Origin: Bacillota bacterium
GTDB taxonomy: Bacteria > Bacillota > Sulfobacillia > JAJZYS01 > JAJZLH01
Direction: 5' to 3'
Length of the DNA stretch: 64,000 nucleotides
Assembly: GCA_021850485.1 (NCBI GenBank)
Contig: JAJZLY010000008.1
Coordinates: 21,879 to 85,878 of the forward strand
Shown: in pieces, positions 1-9,099 of the stretch
Position numbering within the stretch: position 1 is the stretch's first letter
Layout: every line of letters begins with the position of its first letter
Translations under genes and position numbers: made by a program
Notes under the pieces: generated by a model
The model's database searches: none
Seen by the model: only the letters and a program-made list of their open reading frames with translations
What the model was told of the DNA's origin: nothing

Positions 1-45
1 CCCGGATGACTATGCGAAAAATTTCTCGAGTCCGCCGAGTCCCGT

Positions 46-912
46 CTACCCTGCGCTTGAGGCTACCGAGGGGGCCACATCGAGCTCTCTGGCCAGGCGG
101 GTCATGTAAGCATCGTGCAAGCGGCTGGTGACGACGCCGGGCCCAGGAGCCTGCCACTCCCCCTGAATCTCAGCGATCGGCAGCAGATGGCTGGTAGTTC
201 CGGTCACGAAGATTTCGTCCGCCTGGCTGAGGTCGGCTCGTGCATAGGGCTCCAGCCGGATCGCCAGGCCCAGCCGCCTGGCCTCTTCTAGGACCACGTG
301 CCTGGTGATCCCTGGCAACACCAGATGGTTCGCCGGGTGGGTCCACAACTCGCCCCGACGGACGACGAACAAATTGGTGGCTGCTCCCTCGGTCAGCATG
401 TCATCTCGGACCAAGATGGCTTCCCTAGCTCCCTGGCGTCGGGCCTGCTCTCGAGCCAGCACATTGGGTAGCAAGTTGACCGACTTGATGTCGCAGCGAA
501 GCCACCTCTGATCGGCCAACAGAATAGCCCGTACACCCTGGGCGATCCGGGGCTCAGGCTCGGCAGCCGGTTTCACGAAGGCGACGGTGGAGGGCTGAAC
601 GACCTCGGGGAAGTGGTGCTCCCGAGGTGCCACCCCACGACTCACTTCCAAGTACAGGGAGCCGGTCGTGCAGGCGGCGTCGTTCCACAGCTGCCTGGCC
701 ACGGACAGCCAGGTGGCGGAGTCCTGGAGTATGGGGATTTCCACCTCGGCCGAAGATCTGGCCAAGCGGGACATGTGGAGGTCCCAGAAGGCAAAGCGAC
801 CGGCTCGCCCGAAGATCACCTCATAAACGCCATCGCCGAACAAAAACGCCCGATCGGTTACCGGGATCAGCGCGCTCTCTGGAGGGACGAATCGGCCGTT
901 GACATACACCAC
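46..912 (-). CDS. Class IV PLP-dependent aminotransferase (branched-chain amino acid / D-alanine aminotransferase / ADC lyase family)
   Basis: 288-aa ORF with a GTG start at 912. The N-terminus (NGRFVPPESA...DRAFLFGDGVYEV) and the EGAATNLFVV...LPGITR block are typical of the class IV aminotransferase fold. The start overlaps the divergent SDR start at 899. Confidence 0.75.
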   Translation of the reverse strand: MVYVNGRFVPPESALIPVTDRAFLFGDGVYEVIFGRAGRFAFWDLHMSRLARSSAEVEIPILQDSATWLSVARQLWNDAACTTGSLYLEVSRGVAPREHHFPEVVQPSTVAFVKPAAEPEPRIAQGVRAILLADQRWLRCDIKSVNLLPNVLAREQARRQGAREAILVRDDMLTEGAATNLFVVRRGELWTHPANHLVLPGITRHVVLEEARRLGLAIRLEPYARADLSQADEIFVTGTTSHLLPIAEIQGEWQAPGPGVVTSRLHDAYMTRLARELDVAPSVASSAG

Positions 913-1666
913 AAAGCCTCATTCCTCTCTTCAGATCGTCCACCGTCCCCTGGTCGGCGAAGTCATCGCCGTACTCGGCGCCAGCGGGGCCCTGGGTCAA
1001 GCTCTGGTGCCGCTACTGGCCAAGCGAGGAGCGACGCTGATCTTATGTGGCCGCCGGCAGGTTGTCCTGAGCTCCTTGGCGGCCGACACGGGCGCCCATG
1101 TGGTGGCAGGAGACCTGACCGTTGCAGGCTGTCGCCAGCAAATATACGAGGTGGCCGACCGGCTCGGGCGCCTGGATGCCATCGCCGCGCTGACCGGTGA
1201 GGCCAGCTTCGGGGCTTTCGCCGCGACCTCCGACCGAGAAGTGCTGGCGGCCATCCAAGCCAATTTGGCCATTCCCATGCTGGCCGTCAAATCCCTGCTG
1301 CCGCTCATGATCCGCCGTCGGCGCGGCCGCATCTGCTTGGTTTCCTCGGTGTGGGCCCGGCTGCCGGCTGCCGGCGAGGTGGCGTACAGTGCCGCTAAGG
1401 CAGGACTGACCGGATTCGGGCTGGCGCTGGCCAGCGAATTGGCGCCGGACAACATCCAGGTCAACGTGCTTGCCCCGGCAGCCTTCCCCAGCCCCATGCT
1501 GGCACGGCTGAGTACGGAGGAGTTGCAAGATCTGGCCGCTCGCCAAGGCGGGCGACTGCTGTCGACCAAGCGAGTCGCTCATCGCGTCTTGTCGTTGCTA
1601 GATCCGGACTTAGATATGAGCGGACGGGTGCTGCGGATCGGTCGCATCCGCCGCTCCTCGGACTAG
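899..1666 (+). CDS. Short-chain dehydrogenase/reductase (SDR) family oxidoreductase
   Basis: Rossmann motif VLGASGALGQAL, catalytic YSAAK (YxxxK) and NVLAP. Likely TTG start at 899 with GGAGGG upstream. The stop codon shares CTAG with the convergent diguanylate cyclase stop. Confidence 0.7.
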   Translation: MTYTTKPHSSLQIVHRPLVGEVIAVLGASGALGQALVPLLAKRGATLILCGRRQVVLSSLAADTGAHVVAGDLTVAGCRQQIYEVADRLGRLDAIAALTGEASFGAFAATSDREVLAAIQANLAIPMLAVKSLLPLMIRRRRGRICLVSSVWARLPAAGEVAYSAAKAGLTGFGLALASELAPDNIQVNVLAPAAFPSPMLARLSTEELQDLAARQGGRLLSTKRVAHRVLSLLDPDLDMSGRVLRIGRIRRSSD

Positions 1667-3186
1667 AGGGGAGATGCCCCCCGGCCAGCCACCGTCAGCC
1701 GGTTTTTGCCGGCCTCTTTGCTGGCGTACAGCGCCATGTCAGCGCCCTTGATCAGGTCCTGGGCCGTCTCGCCGTTGCCGTTTGAGGCGCACACGCCGAT
1801 GCTGGCGCTAATCGGAATGTCGATCCCCAAATCAAGATCCCAGATGGCCCGCCGCACCCGCTCGCCGACCATCGCTGCCTGCTCAACGTCTGTGTCCGGC
1901 AAGATCAGCATGAATTCGTCTCCAGCGTAGCGCACGGCTGCGTCCCCGATTCTGGTATGCGACTTCAGCACCTCAGCGATCGCCCGGATCATCCGGTCGC
2001 CGGTGTCGTGCCCATAACGGTCGTTGATCGATTTGAGCGTGTCCGAATCGAGCATCAGCAAGGACAGTGGCTGACCGACCCGCTCCGCACGCTCCACCTC
2101 CTGCGGCAACCTGTCTCCCAGGTAGCGCTGGTTGAACAGCCCCGTCATCGGATCGGTCATACTCAGCCAGCGAGTGCGCTCGTAAAGCTCCTTGGTCTCA
2201 TCGTAGAGTCGGGAGTTTTGGACGGCGACAGCTGCCTGCTGGGCGACCAACTCCGTCAATTCCAGATCGTGGGCGCCATATCGATTTGCACCGAGGCGGC
2301 TAATCCGCAAGATGCCGATCAGTTTTTCCTGGACTCTGAGCGGTACAAAAATCGCAGACACCTCAGTCGGCTCAGTGCCAGGGAGCGGTGACGCCAGCGG
2401 GTGCGCTTCCATGTTGCCGACAATCAGGGGACGCCCCTCTTTGGCGACGGTGCCGGTCACGCCCTGGCCCACCGCGATCGGATAGGAGGCGAGGGCTCGG
2501 GCTTCCTCCGAAACCTCTCCCATGCGGCTGTCCACGGCCACTGGATTGAGCACTTGGGTTTGGTCATCGAGCAGGTAGATGATGGCGTATTCAGATTCCG
2601 TGACCTGGCGTAACCCGCCGACCAGGAGAGACAGTACCGAGGCCAGCGGCACATTGGTGGAAAGATCCCCCGCCTGGTTGATCGTCTCCATCACGCCGCG
2701 CACCCGGCGCTCGAAGCGGGCGCTCTCTCCGGCCCGGACCAAGACGGCTGCTACCAGGATGATCAGGGGCACGCGCAATAACTCATCTCGAATGAAGGCG
2801 TCGCTGAAACCTAGCACCAGCGGTGTCAGGCTGAGCAGGGCGTTGAAGGCTGCTACCTGATAGGCCCGCTTGGAATGCAACATAGACGCCGCGATGGCGG
2901 CGGACAGATAGAACAACGGAAAAAGCGGCGAGGCCTGCGCGCCAGAGCCCCAGACAGCAGCTGCCACGAGCAAGGCGGCAATATAGCCAAAGTTGAGCCG
3001 CTGAAACCAGCGCTCCGGCAAAAACCGGCTGAGGACGGCAACGGCTCCAGCCGCCAGCGCCACTGCGAACTCCAACGGCCAGTTGACGTGTGCGGCAACG
3101 CTGGGCACCACCAAGATGAGCAGGGACACCGCGGCCGCGATGGCGAAGGCAATAGAAATCAGGGGACGACGGCCGCGAGTGGTCAC
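1663..3186 (-). CDS. Membrane-anchored diguanylate cyclase (N-terminal multi-TM domain, then GAF, then GGDEF)
   Basis: 507 aa. The N-terminal ~160 aa are hydrophobic with 5-6 predicted TM helices. The middle shows a GAF-like region. The C-terminus has a GGDEF domain with I-site RIGD and active-site motif RYAGDEF (AGDEF variant). GTG start with GGGAGG ribosome binding site. Confidence 0.8.
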   Translation of the reverse strand: MTTRGRRPLISIAFAIAAAVSLLILVVPSVAAHVNWPLEFAVALAAGAVAVLSRFLPERWFQRLNFGYIAALLVAAAVWGSGAQASPLFPLFYLSAAIAASMLHSKRAYQVAAFNALLSLTPLVLGFSDAFIRDELLRVPLIILVAAVLVRAGESARFERRVRGVMETINQAGDLSTNVPLASVLSLLVGGLRQVTESEYAIIYLLDDQTQVLNPVAVDSRMGEVSEEARALASYPIAVGQGVTGTVAKEGRPLIVGNMEAHPLASPLPGTEPTEVSAIFVPLRVQEKLIGILRISRLGANRYGAHDLELTELVAQQAAVAVQNSRLYDETKELYERTRWLSMTDPMTGLFNQRYLGDRLPQEVERAERVGQPLSLLMLDSDTLKSINDRYGHDTGDRMIRAIAEVLKSHTRIGDAAVRYAGDEFMLILPDTDVEQAAMVGERVRRAIWDLDLGIDIPISASIGVCASNGNGETAQDLIKGADMALYASKEAGKNRLTVAGRGASPL

Positions 3187-3220
3187 CCCTGAATTCCTCC
3201 CTGCTCGTGATTCTCGCTGA

Positions 3221-3239
3221 CAGGCGCAAATTGCGCCTG
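3221..3239. promoter_or_regulatory. 19-bp perfect palindrome CAGGCGCAAATTGCGCCTG between the purD 3' end and the diguanylate cyclase 5' end
   Basis: Read directly in the sequence. It lies about 50 bp upstream of the GTG start of the diguanylate cyclase gene and about 65 bp downstream of the purD stop. No U-tract follows it on either strand. Confidence 0.3.
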
Positions 3240-3303
3240 GGCGGTCTCACATACTGAAGAAGAGGTTCTGGCCCACCCACTTCTTACCTGCACGCACGGC
3301 GCA

Positions 3304-4560
3304 TTAGGGCTGCGACGTCACCTGCGGTTCGGTGCCGATATCCCGGCGGTAGGCGGAACCAGAGAAGTGAATGGATTCGGCCAGCCGATAGGCGGCTGCC
3401 CTGGCCTCAGCGTGCGTAGGGCCAACGCCGACGGCGGTGGCCACACGCCCGCTGCCAGCCAATAAGTGGCGTTCGTCACCGGCCACACCACTCCAAAATA
3501 ACAGTTCTCCCCTGCCCTGGGTGCGAAACGCGATCGGTTGCGGCGGTGCCTGTGCGGTCGGATAGCCATTGGCCACGACCACCACGCCAACGGCCTGATC
3601 CGTAGCCACAGGCAGTGGCCCTGCCTGCTCGAGCCGCCCGGTGGCCGCTGCCATCAGCCACTCCGGCGCATCGGGAGGTAGCAACGGTAGGAGCACTTCG
3701 GTCTCCGGGTCGCCAAAGCGGACATTGTATTCCAACACCCGCGGGCCATCCGGCGTCAGCATGAGTCCTGCATAGAGGACGCCCTGGAAGGGAGATCCCT
3801 GAGCAGTCAGATGGCGGGCCACCGGGGCGATGGCGAGGTCCACCAAGTCGGCTGCCGAAATGGAACTCGCCACTGGGGCCACCGCACCCATACCGCCGGT
3901 GTTCGGGCCGAGGTCCCGATCGAACCGGCGCTTGTAGTCGCGCGCCAGCGGCAAGGCGACCACCGCGTCGCCACAGACTAGGGCATGCACGGAAATTTCT
4001 GGTCCGGTCAGCCGCTCCTCCACGACCAAGCTGCCGAAGGTTCCAAGCCAGCGCCCGCCCGCCTGTCTGGCGTCTTGCAGGTCGCTGGCGATCCACACAC
4101 CTTTGCCCTGAGCCAATCCATCCGCTTTCAGGGCCACATTTCCCTGAAACCGGTCGATCGCCGCCTCTAGCGCCTGACTGCTGGAAACAGTCGCAAACCG
4201 GGCAGTCGGCACCCCGCAGGACGCCATCACCGCCTTGGCGTATGCCTTGGATCCTTCCAGGCGAGCTGCCAAACGGCTGGGGCCCAATACCTGGTGGCCT
4301 CTGGCCCGCAGGTGATCAGCCAGCCCACCGACCAATGGTGCTTCCGGTCCGATCACGATCAGCGAGCAGGCCGCCTGGTCGGCAATCCGGCAAACGGCCT
4401 CCAGATCCGCCAGGTCGACGGGGATCGTTTCGACGCCTGCTTGCCGTATGCCCGGATTGCCTGGCACCACCACCACCCGGTTGATCCCGGACGCCCTTTG
4501 ACACGCCCAGGCCAGCGCATGCTCGCGGCCGCCGCTGCCCACAATCAGGACGCTGAGCAT
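3304..4560 (-). CDS. purD: Phosphoribosylamine--glycine ligase
   Basis: N-terminus MLSVLIVGSGGREHALAWA is the canonical PurD start. 418 aa. Last gene of the contiguous pur operon. Confidence 0.9.
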   Translation of the reverse strand: MLSVLIVGSGGREHALAWACQRASGINRVVVVPGNPGIRQAGVETIPVDLADLEAVCRIADQAACSLIVIGPEAPLVGGLADHLRARGHQVLGPSRLAARLEGSKAYAKAVMASCGVPTARFATVSSSQALEAAIDRFQGNVALKADGLAQGKGVWIASDLQDARQAGGRWLGTFGSLVVEERLTGPEISVHALVCGDAVVALPLARDYKRRFDRDLGPNTGGMGAVAPVASSISAADLVDLAIAPVARHLTAQGSPFQGVLYAGLMLTPDGPRVLEYNVRFGDPETEVLLPLLPPDAPEWLMAAATGRLEQAGPLPVATDQAVGVVVVANGYPTAQAPPQPIAFRTQGRGELLFWSGVAGDERHLLAGSGRVATAVGVGPTHAEARAAAYRLAESIHFSGSAYRRDIGTEPQVTSQP

Positions 4561-4564
4561 CGCC

Positions 4565-6067
4565 TTAATGCCGGAAGTGGCGGATGCCGGTCAGGTACAT
4601 AGTCATGTCCGCCCGCCTCGCCGCTTCGATCACCTCGGCGTCACCTTTGGAGCCGCCAGGCTGGACGATCGCACGCACGCCGGCGGCCTGGGCGGCGGTC
4701 ACCAGGTCGGGAAAGGGGATAAAACCGTCGGATGCAGCCACTGACTCACGAGCCTGCTGCGCCGCCTGTGCAATCGCCTGCTCGGCCGCCCGCACCCGGC
4801 TCACCTGGCCACTTCCGATGCCGACGGTGGCGCCGTCCTTGACCAAGACCACGGCGTTTGACTTGGCCATCCGGGCAACCGACCACGCCAACTCCAAGTC
4901 GGCGAGCGCACTTCCAGTCAAGCCTTGGCCAGCCACCAGCTGCCAGGGCTCAACGGCGAGATCTGGGTCGTCCCAGTCTTCGACCAGCACCTGGCCTCCG
5001 ACCGACCGCACTCGCTTGTGTGGTACTAGCCAGGGTCTCGGCACGACCAGCAAGCGCAGCCCCGCCCGATCGGCCAGCAACTCCTGGGCTTCGATACTGA
5101 TCGAAGGCACCACCAAGACTTCGAGGAAGCGTTTGCGGACGATCTTGGCGGTTTCCAGGTCCAGTTCCTGATTGACTGCTGCCACGCCGCCGTAGGCTGC
5201 CTCCCAATCTGCCTCCAGAGCCCGTTGGTAGGCTGAGGCCAGTGTGCTGCCGCGGGCCACGCCGGCCGGCGTCTGATGCTTGATCACGGCCGCTGCCGGT
5301 TGGGGCAGGCCGGCGACCGTCCACAGGGCGGCCTCGGCATCGAACAGATTGTTCGCCGACACCGGCTTGCCTTCTCGGACCAGCGCCGCCAGCAAGTCTG
5401 GCCCAGACTGCGGCCAGGGACCATAGGCCACCGCCTGCTGGTGCGGATTCTCGCCGTAGCGCAGTTCGCGCCCGGCACTGAGATGCAACGCAAAACTGCG
5501 GCTCGACGATGCCGTCAAGAAGTCACTGACCTCCTGGTCATAGGCAGAGAGCGTGGCAAATACCTTGGCCGCCAGCGCTGGGCCAAGAGCGGTCAGAGTG
5601 CCGTCGTCGATGGCGGCGAGAACCCTCGGGACGTCAGTGACATCGCACAGGGGAGTCACGCGCTGATGATTCTTGGCAGCTGCCCGCAACATGGCCGGAC
5701 CACCGACATCAATCATCTCGATCACGGCCTCAGGCGCAGCCCCCTGATCCCGCACCTCCGAAAATGGGTACAGCGACACCGCCAGCAGGTCAATCGGTTG
5801 GCCGCCCAGTTCCTGGACCACTGGCAGATCCTCCGGTCCACGCCAGAGCAACCCGGCGTGCACCGCCGGGTGCAGGGTCTTGACCCGGCCACCCATCAGC
5901 GAGCTGATCCCGGTCATGTTCTCCAAATGCGACACGGTCACACCTTGGCTCTCCAAGAACACCGCTGTGCCGTGCGTGGCCAGAACCTGCCACTGGCGGT
6001 CGCAAAGGCCCCGGGCCAGGGCCACCCAGCCGTCGCTCTTGTCGTAGGTCGAAATGAGCGCTCGCAT
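4565..6067 (-). CDS. purH: Bifunctional AICAR transformylase / IMP cyclohydrolase
   Basis: 500 aa. N-terminus MRALISTYDKSDG...HGTAVFLESQG is typical of the PurH MGS-like domain. Confidence 0.9.
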   Translation of the reverse strand: MRALISTYDKSDGWVALARGLCDRQWQVLATHGTAVFLESQGVTVSHLENMTGISSLMGGRVKTLHPAVHAGLLWRGPEDLPVVQELGGQPIDLLAVSLYPFSEVRDQGAAPEAVIEMIDVGGPAMLRAAAKNHQRVTPLCDVTDVPRVLAAIDDGTLTALGPALAAKVFATLSAYDQEVSDFLTASSSRSFALHLSAGRELRYGENPHQQAVAYGPWPQSGPDLLAALVREGKPVSANNLFDAEAALWTVAGLPQPAAAVIKHQTPAGVARGSTLASAYQRALEADWEAAYGGVAAVNQELDLETAKIVRKRFLEVLVVPSISIEAQELLADRAGLRLLVVPRPWLVPHKRVRSVGGQVLVEDWDDPDLAVEPWQLVAGQGLTGSALADLELAWSVARMAKSNAVVLVKDGATVGIGSGQVSRVRAAEQAIAQAAQQARESVAASDGFIPFPDLVTAAQAAGVRAIVQPGGSKGDAEVIEAARRADMTMYLTGIRHFRH

Positions 6068-6687
6068 CAGACTTCCTCCTTCGTACCGACGACCACCGTA
6101 CGGCCCCTGACCGTCAGGCGCTCTCCCAACATCCAGCCCAGAGCTGTCTGCACACCCCGCTGCTCGAGCGGGGCGAGCCGCTGACGCAGGGCATGCCGGT
6201 CATCGTCGGGCCAGACCGACACCGCTTCTTGCCAGACGATCGGGCCGCCGTCTATGGCCTCGCTCACCAAATGGACGGTGACCCCAGAGACCCGTACGCC
6301 ATGGGCCAATGCTTGGCCGATCGCATCGAGACCGGGGAAGGCTGGCAACAGGGATGGATGGACGTTGAGGGCTCGCTCGGCGTAGCGGTGCACGAGCCCA
6401 CTGCCCAGCCGGCTCAGATAGCCCGCCAAGAGCAGGTGGCTGATCTGGTGGCTCAGCACTGCCGCCTCTATCTGCACCTCCCGCTCCTCCCAGGGCGTCC
6501 CGGTCCTGTCCACAACGACTGTGGCGATGCCCTGGCCAGCCGCCCAGTCGGCCGCTGGGCACTGCCGGTCAGCCACCACCAAGGCCAGCTCGGCGTTGAG
6601 TTCCCCGGCTGCGATTGCGGCCGCCACCGCCTTCAGGATGCTGCCTTGCCCGGAGCACAACACCGCCAACCGGCCGATCATTGCCAC
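6067..6687 (-). CDS. purN: Phosphoribosylglycinamide formyltransferase
   Basis: 206 aa. Formyl-transferase fold motifs (LAVLCSGQGS, HPSLLPAFPG). Its stop overlaps the purH start. Confidence 0.85.
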   Translation of the reverse strand: MAMIGRLAVLCSGQGSILKAVAAAIAAGELNAELALVVADRQCPAADWAAGQGIATVVVDRTGTPWEEREVQIEAAVLSHQISHLLLAGYLSRLGSGLVHRYAERALNVHPSLLPAFPGLDAIGQALAHGVRVSGVTVHLVSEAIDGGPIVWQEAVSVWPDDDRHALRQRLAPLEQRGVQTALGWMLGERLTVRGRTVVVGTKEEV

Positions 6688-7697
6688 AAGACAGCTCGCG
6701 CGCCGGCTTCGATCCAGCCCACCTCGACCGCTGACTCGCCAGAGGCAACCAGCGTGGCGATCAAGTCTGCCGTCACCTCGGCCGGCGCCACCAGCAAGAA
6801 GCCAATGCCCAAGTTGAACACGTGACGCACCGCCTCTCGACTGAGGCCTGCGGTCTGACGGATGAACTGGCAGAGTTCAGGCTCTGCCCAGCTGGCCTGG
6901 TCGATCACTGCCCGGCAGTGATCCGGCAAGATCCGGACCAGGTTGCCACCCAGGCCGCCTCCGGTCACATGCGCCAGGCCGCTCAACGGCAGGCCCAACA
7001 CGTCGTGAACAGCGCCGACGTAAATGCGCGTTGGCACCAGCAGTTCGGCGCCCAAGGCCGGCAACCCCGGTGCGCGGGGCACCGCCAGGTCCAAGTTGAA
7101 GTCTTTTACAATCTTGCGGATCAGACTGTAGCCGTTGGCGTGAAATCCTTGACTGGCAATCCCCACCACCCGATGTCCGGGCCGGATGGCGTCGCCGGAG
7201 ATGATCCGCTCTGACGCCACCGTCCCCACCGCGAAGCCGGCGAGGTCCAAGACCCCCGGCCGCAGCATATCTGGCAACTCGGCCGTTTCACCGCCGAGCA
7301 GAGCACACCCAGCCTCCCGGCATCCCCTGGCCACACTGGCCACCACCTGACCGGCCTGCACCGGATCCAGCCGATCCACCGCCAAGTAATCCAGTACAAA
7401 CAGCGGCCTCGCTCCCGCCGTGAGCACGTCATTCACGACCATCGCCACCAAATCGACACCGATGTCGTCGAAGGCATTGAGTTGGCTGGCCAAAAGCAGC
7501 TTGCTACCGACACCGTCGGCGCCAGCGACCAACACCTGGCCTGGGCCCCCGCCCAGGGCAAACAGGCCGGCAAAATGGCCGATGCCGCCCAACACTTCCG
7601 GCCGCCAGGCCAAGCCTGCCGCCTGCTGATAGCGGCGAACCGCCTCGTCGCCGGCACCCACGTCGACTCCAGCCTGCCGGTAGACGTCTTCGCTCAT
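6678..7697 (-). CDS. purM: Phosphoribosylformylglycinamidine cyclo-ligase (AIR synthetase)
   Basis: PurM N-terminus MSEDVYRQAGVDVGAGDEAV. ATGA-type overlap with the purF stop at 7694. The ORF-track N-terminal extension to 7775 is rejected. Confidence 0.9.
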   Translation of the reverse strand: MSEDVYRQAGVDVGAGDEAVRRYQQAAGLAWRPEVLGGIGHFAGLFALGGGPGQVLVAGADGVGSKLLLASQLNAFDDIGVDLVAMVVNDVLTAGARPLFVLDYLAVDRLDPVQAGQVVASVARGCREAGCALLGGETAELPDMLRPGVLDLAGFAVGTVASERIISGDAIRPGHRVVGIASQGFHANGYSLIRKIVKDFNLDLAVPRAPGLPALGAELLVPTRIYVGAVHDVLGLPLSGLAHVTGGGLGGNLVRILPDHCRAVIDQASWAEPELCQFIRQTAGLSREAVRHVFNLGIGFLLVAPAEVTADLIATLVASGESAVEVGWIEAGARAVLWQ

Positions 7698-9094
7698 GGA
7701 CCAACCTCGGCCGCCCGCTTGGTGCCAGCCCCGACCACAGACAAGGGGTAGCGGCCGGTAAAGCAGGCCATACAACCGCTCTCACCGATCGCTCGACCGA
7801 CGCCCTCGGCACTGAGAAAGGCCAAGCTGTCAGCTCCCACCCAGCGGGCGATGGTGGCCTCGTCGCGGCCGGTGGCCACCAGTTCCTCGCGGTTGGAGGT
7901 GTCAATGCCGTAGTGGCAGGGGTGGCGGTACGGCGGCGAGGCGATGCGCAGATGAACCTCACTGGCTCCCGCCTGTCTCAGTAGGCGTACCAGATGGGAG
8001 GCGGTGGTACCACGGACCAACGAATCATCGACCAGGGCCACCCGCTTGCCAGCGATCACCTCACCGACCGGCACCAGTTTCAGGCGCAGGGTCAACTCTC
8101 GCTCCCCCTGCGACGGTTGGATGAAGGTGCGGCCGACGTAGCGATTTTTGGCCAGTCCCTGTTCTAGCGGCAATTTTAGGGTCCGGGCAAAGCCCTCGGC
8201 TGCCGGCAAAGACGAGTCGGGCACCCCGACCACAATGTCGGCGTCGACCGGAGCCTCTTTGGCCAATTCCTCTCCCAGCCGGCGCCTGACCATCTGCACG
8301 GTGCGCCCGGCGATCACCGAGTCCGGCCTGGCGAAATAGATGTACTCGAAGCTGCACAGGCTGCGCGGGCCTTCTGGCAAAAACCCGGGCCGACGGTGAA
8401 TTCTGGCCTGGGGGTCGATCGTGACCAGCTCTCCCCCAGCCACGTCCCCGTCCAAAGGCAAGTCCAGCGCGACTAAGGCGCAAGACTCCGAGACAGCGGC
8501 TGCTCTCCCTTCTCGCTGCCCGAACACCAGCGGTCTCAGCGCCAGCGGATCGCGCACCGCCAGCAGTCCGGCCTTAGAAAGCACCACCAAGGCGTAGCCG
8601 CCACGCACTTGCATCAGGGCCTCCTGCAGCGCCTCGACCAGCGTGTCGCGCCGGGAATGGGCGATCAGGTGAGCCACCACTTCAGTGTCGGTGGTGGTCT
8701 GGAAGATGGCTCCTTCCCCTTCCAGACGTCGGCGCAATTCCAGGGCGTTGACCAGGTTCCCGTTGTGGGCTAAGGCGAAGGTGCCATAGCGCGAGCGGAA
8801 GGTGAACGGTTGCGCATTTTCCAGAGAAGGCGAGCCGCTGGTCGAATAGCGCACGTGGCCCACGGCCATGGTGCCGGCAAGCGTCTCTGGCCGGCCGCTC
8901 GGAAAAACCTCAGACACCAGGCCCATGCCCCGTTCCAGCTGCAGCCCTTCGCCGTCGACGCTGGCCACCCCGGCGCTTTCCTGACCGCGGTGCTGAAGGC
9001 TGAACAAGGCTGCCACGGTCAACTGCGGAGCACTCTCTTCCAGATCGGCGATCGCCACGACACCACAGGCCTCGTGGATCTCTCGTCCGTCCAC
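7694..9094 (-). CDS. purF: Amidophosphoribosyltransferase
   Basis: N-terminal nucleophile segment EACGVVAI after a short propeptide. Best start is the GTG at 9094, which has GGAGG 8 nt upstream. The alternative GTG at 9103 overlaps the purL stop as GTGA. The ORF-track extension to 9217 overlaps purL and is rejected. Confidence 0.9.
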   Translation of the reverse strand: MDGREIHEACGVVAIADLEESAPQLTVAALFSLQHRGQESAGVASVDGEGLQLERGMGLVSEVFPSGRPETLAGTMAVGHVRYSTSGSPSLENAQPFTFRSRYGTFALAHNGNLVNALELRRRLEGEGAIFQTTTDTEVVAHLIAHSRRDTLVEALQEALMQVRGGYALVVLSKAGLLAVRDPLALRPLVFGQREGRAAAVSESCALVALDLPLDGDVAGGELVTIDPQARIHRRPGFLPEGPRSLCSFEYIYFARPDSVIAGRTVQMVRRRLGEELAKEAPVDADIVVGVPDSSLPAAEGFARTLKLPLEQGLAKNRYVGRTFIQPSQGERELTLRLKLVPVGEVIAGKRVALVDDSLVRGTTASHLVRLLRQAGASEVHLRIASPPYRHPCHYGIDTSNREELVATGRDEATIARWVGADSLAFLSAEGVGRAIGESGCMACFTGRYPLSVVGAGTKRAAEVGP

Positions 9095-9099
9095 TGCGC

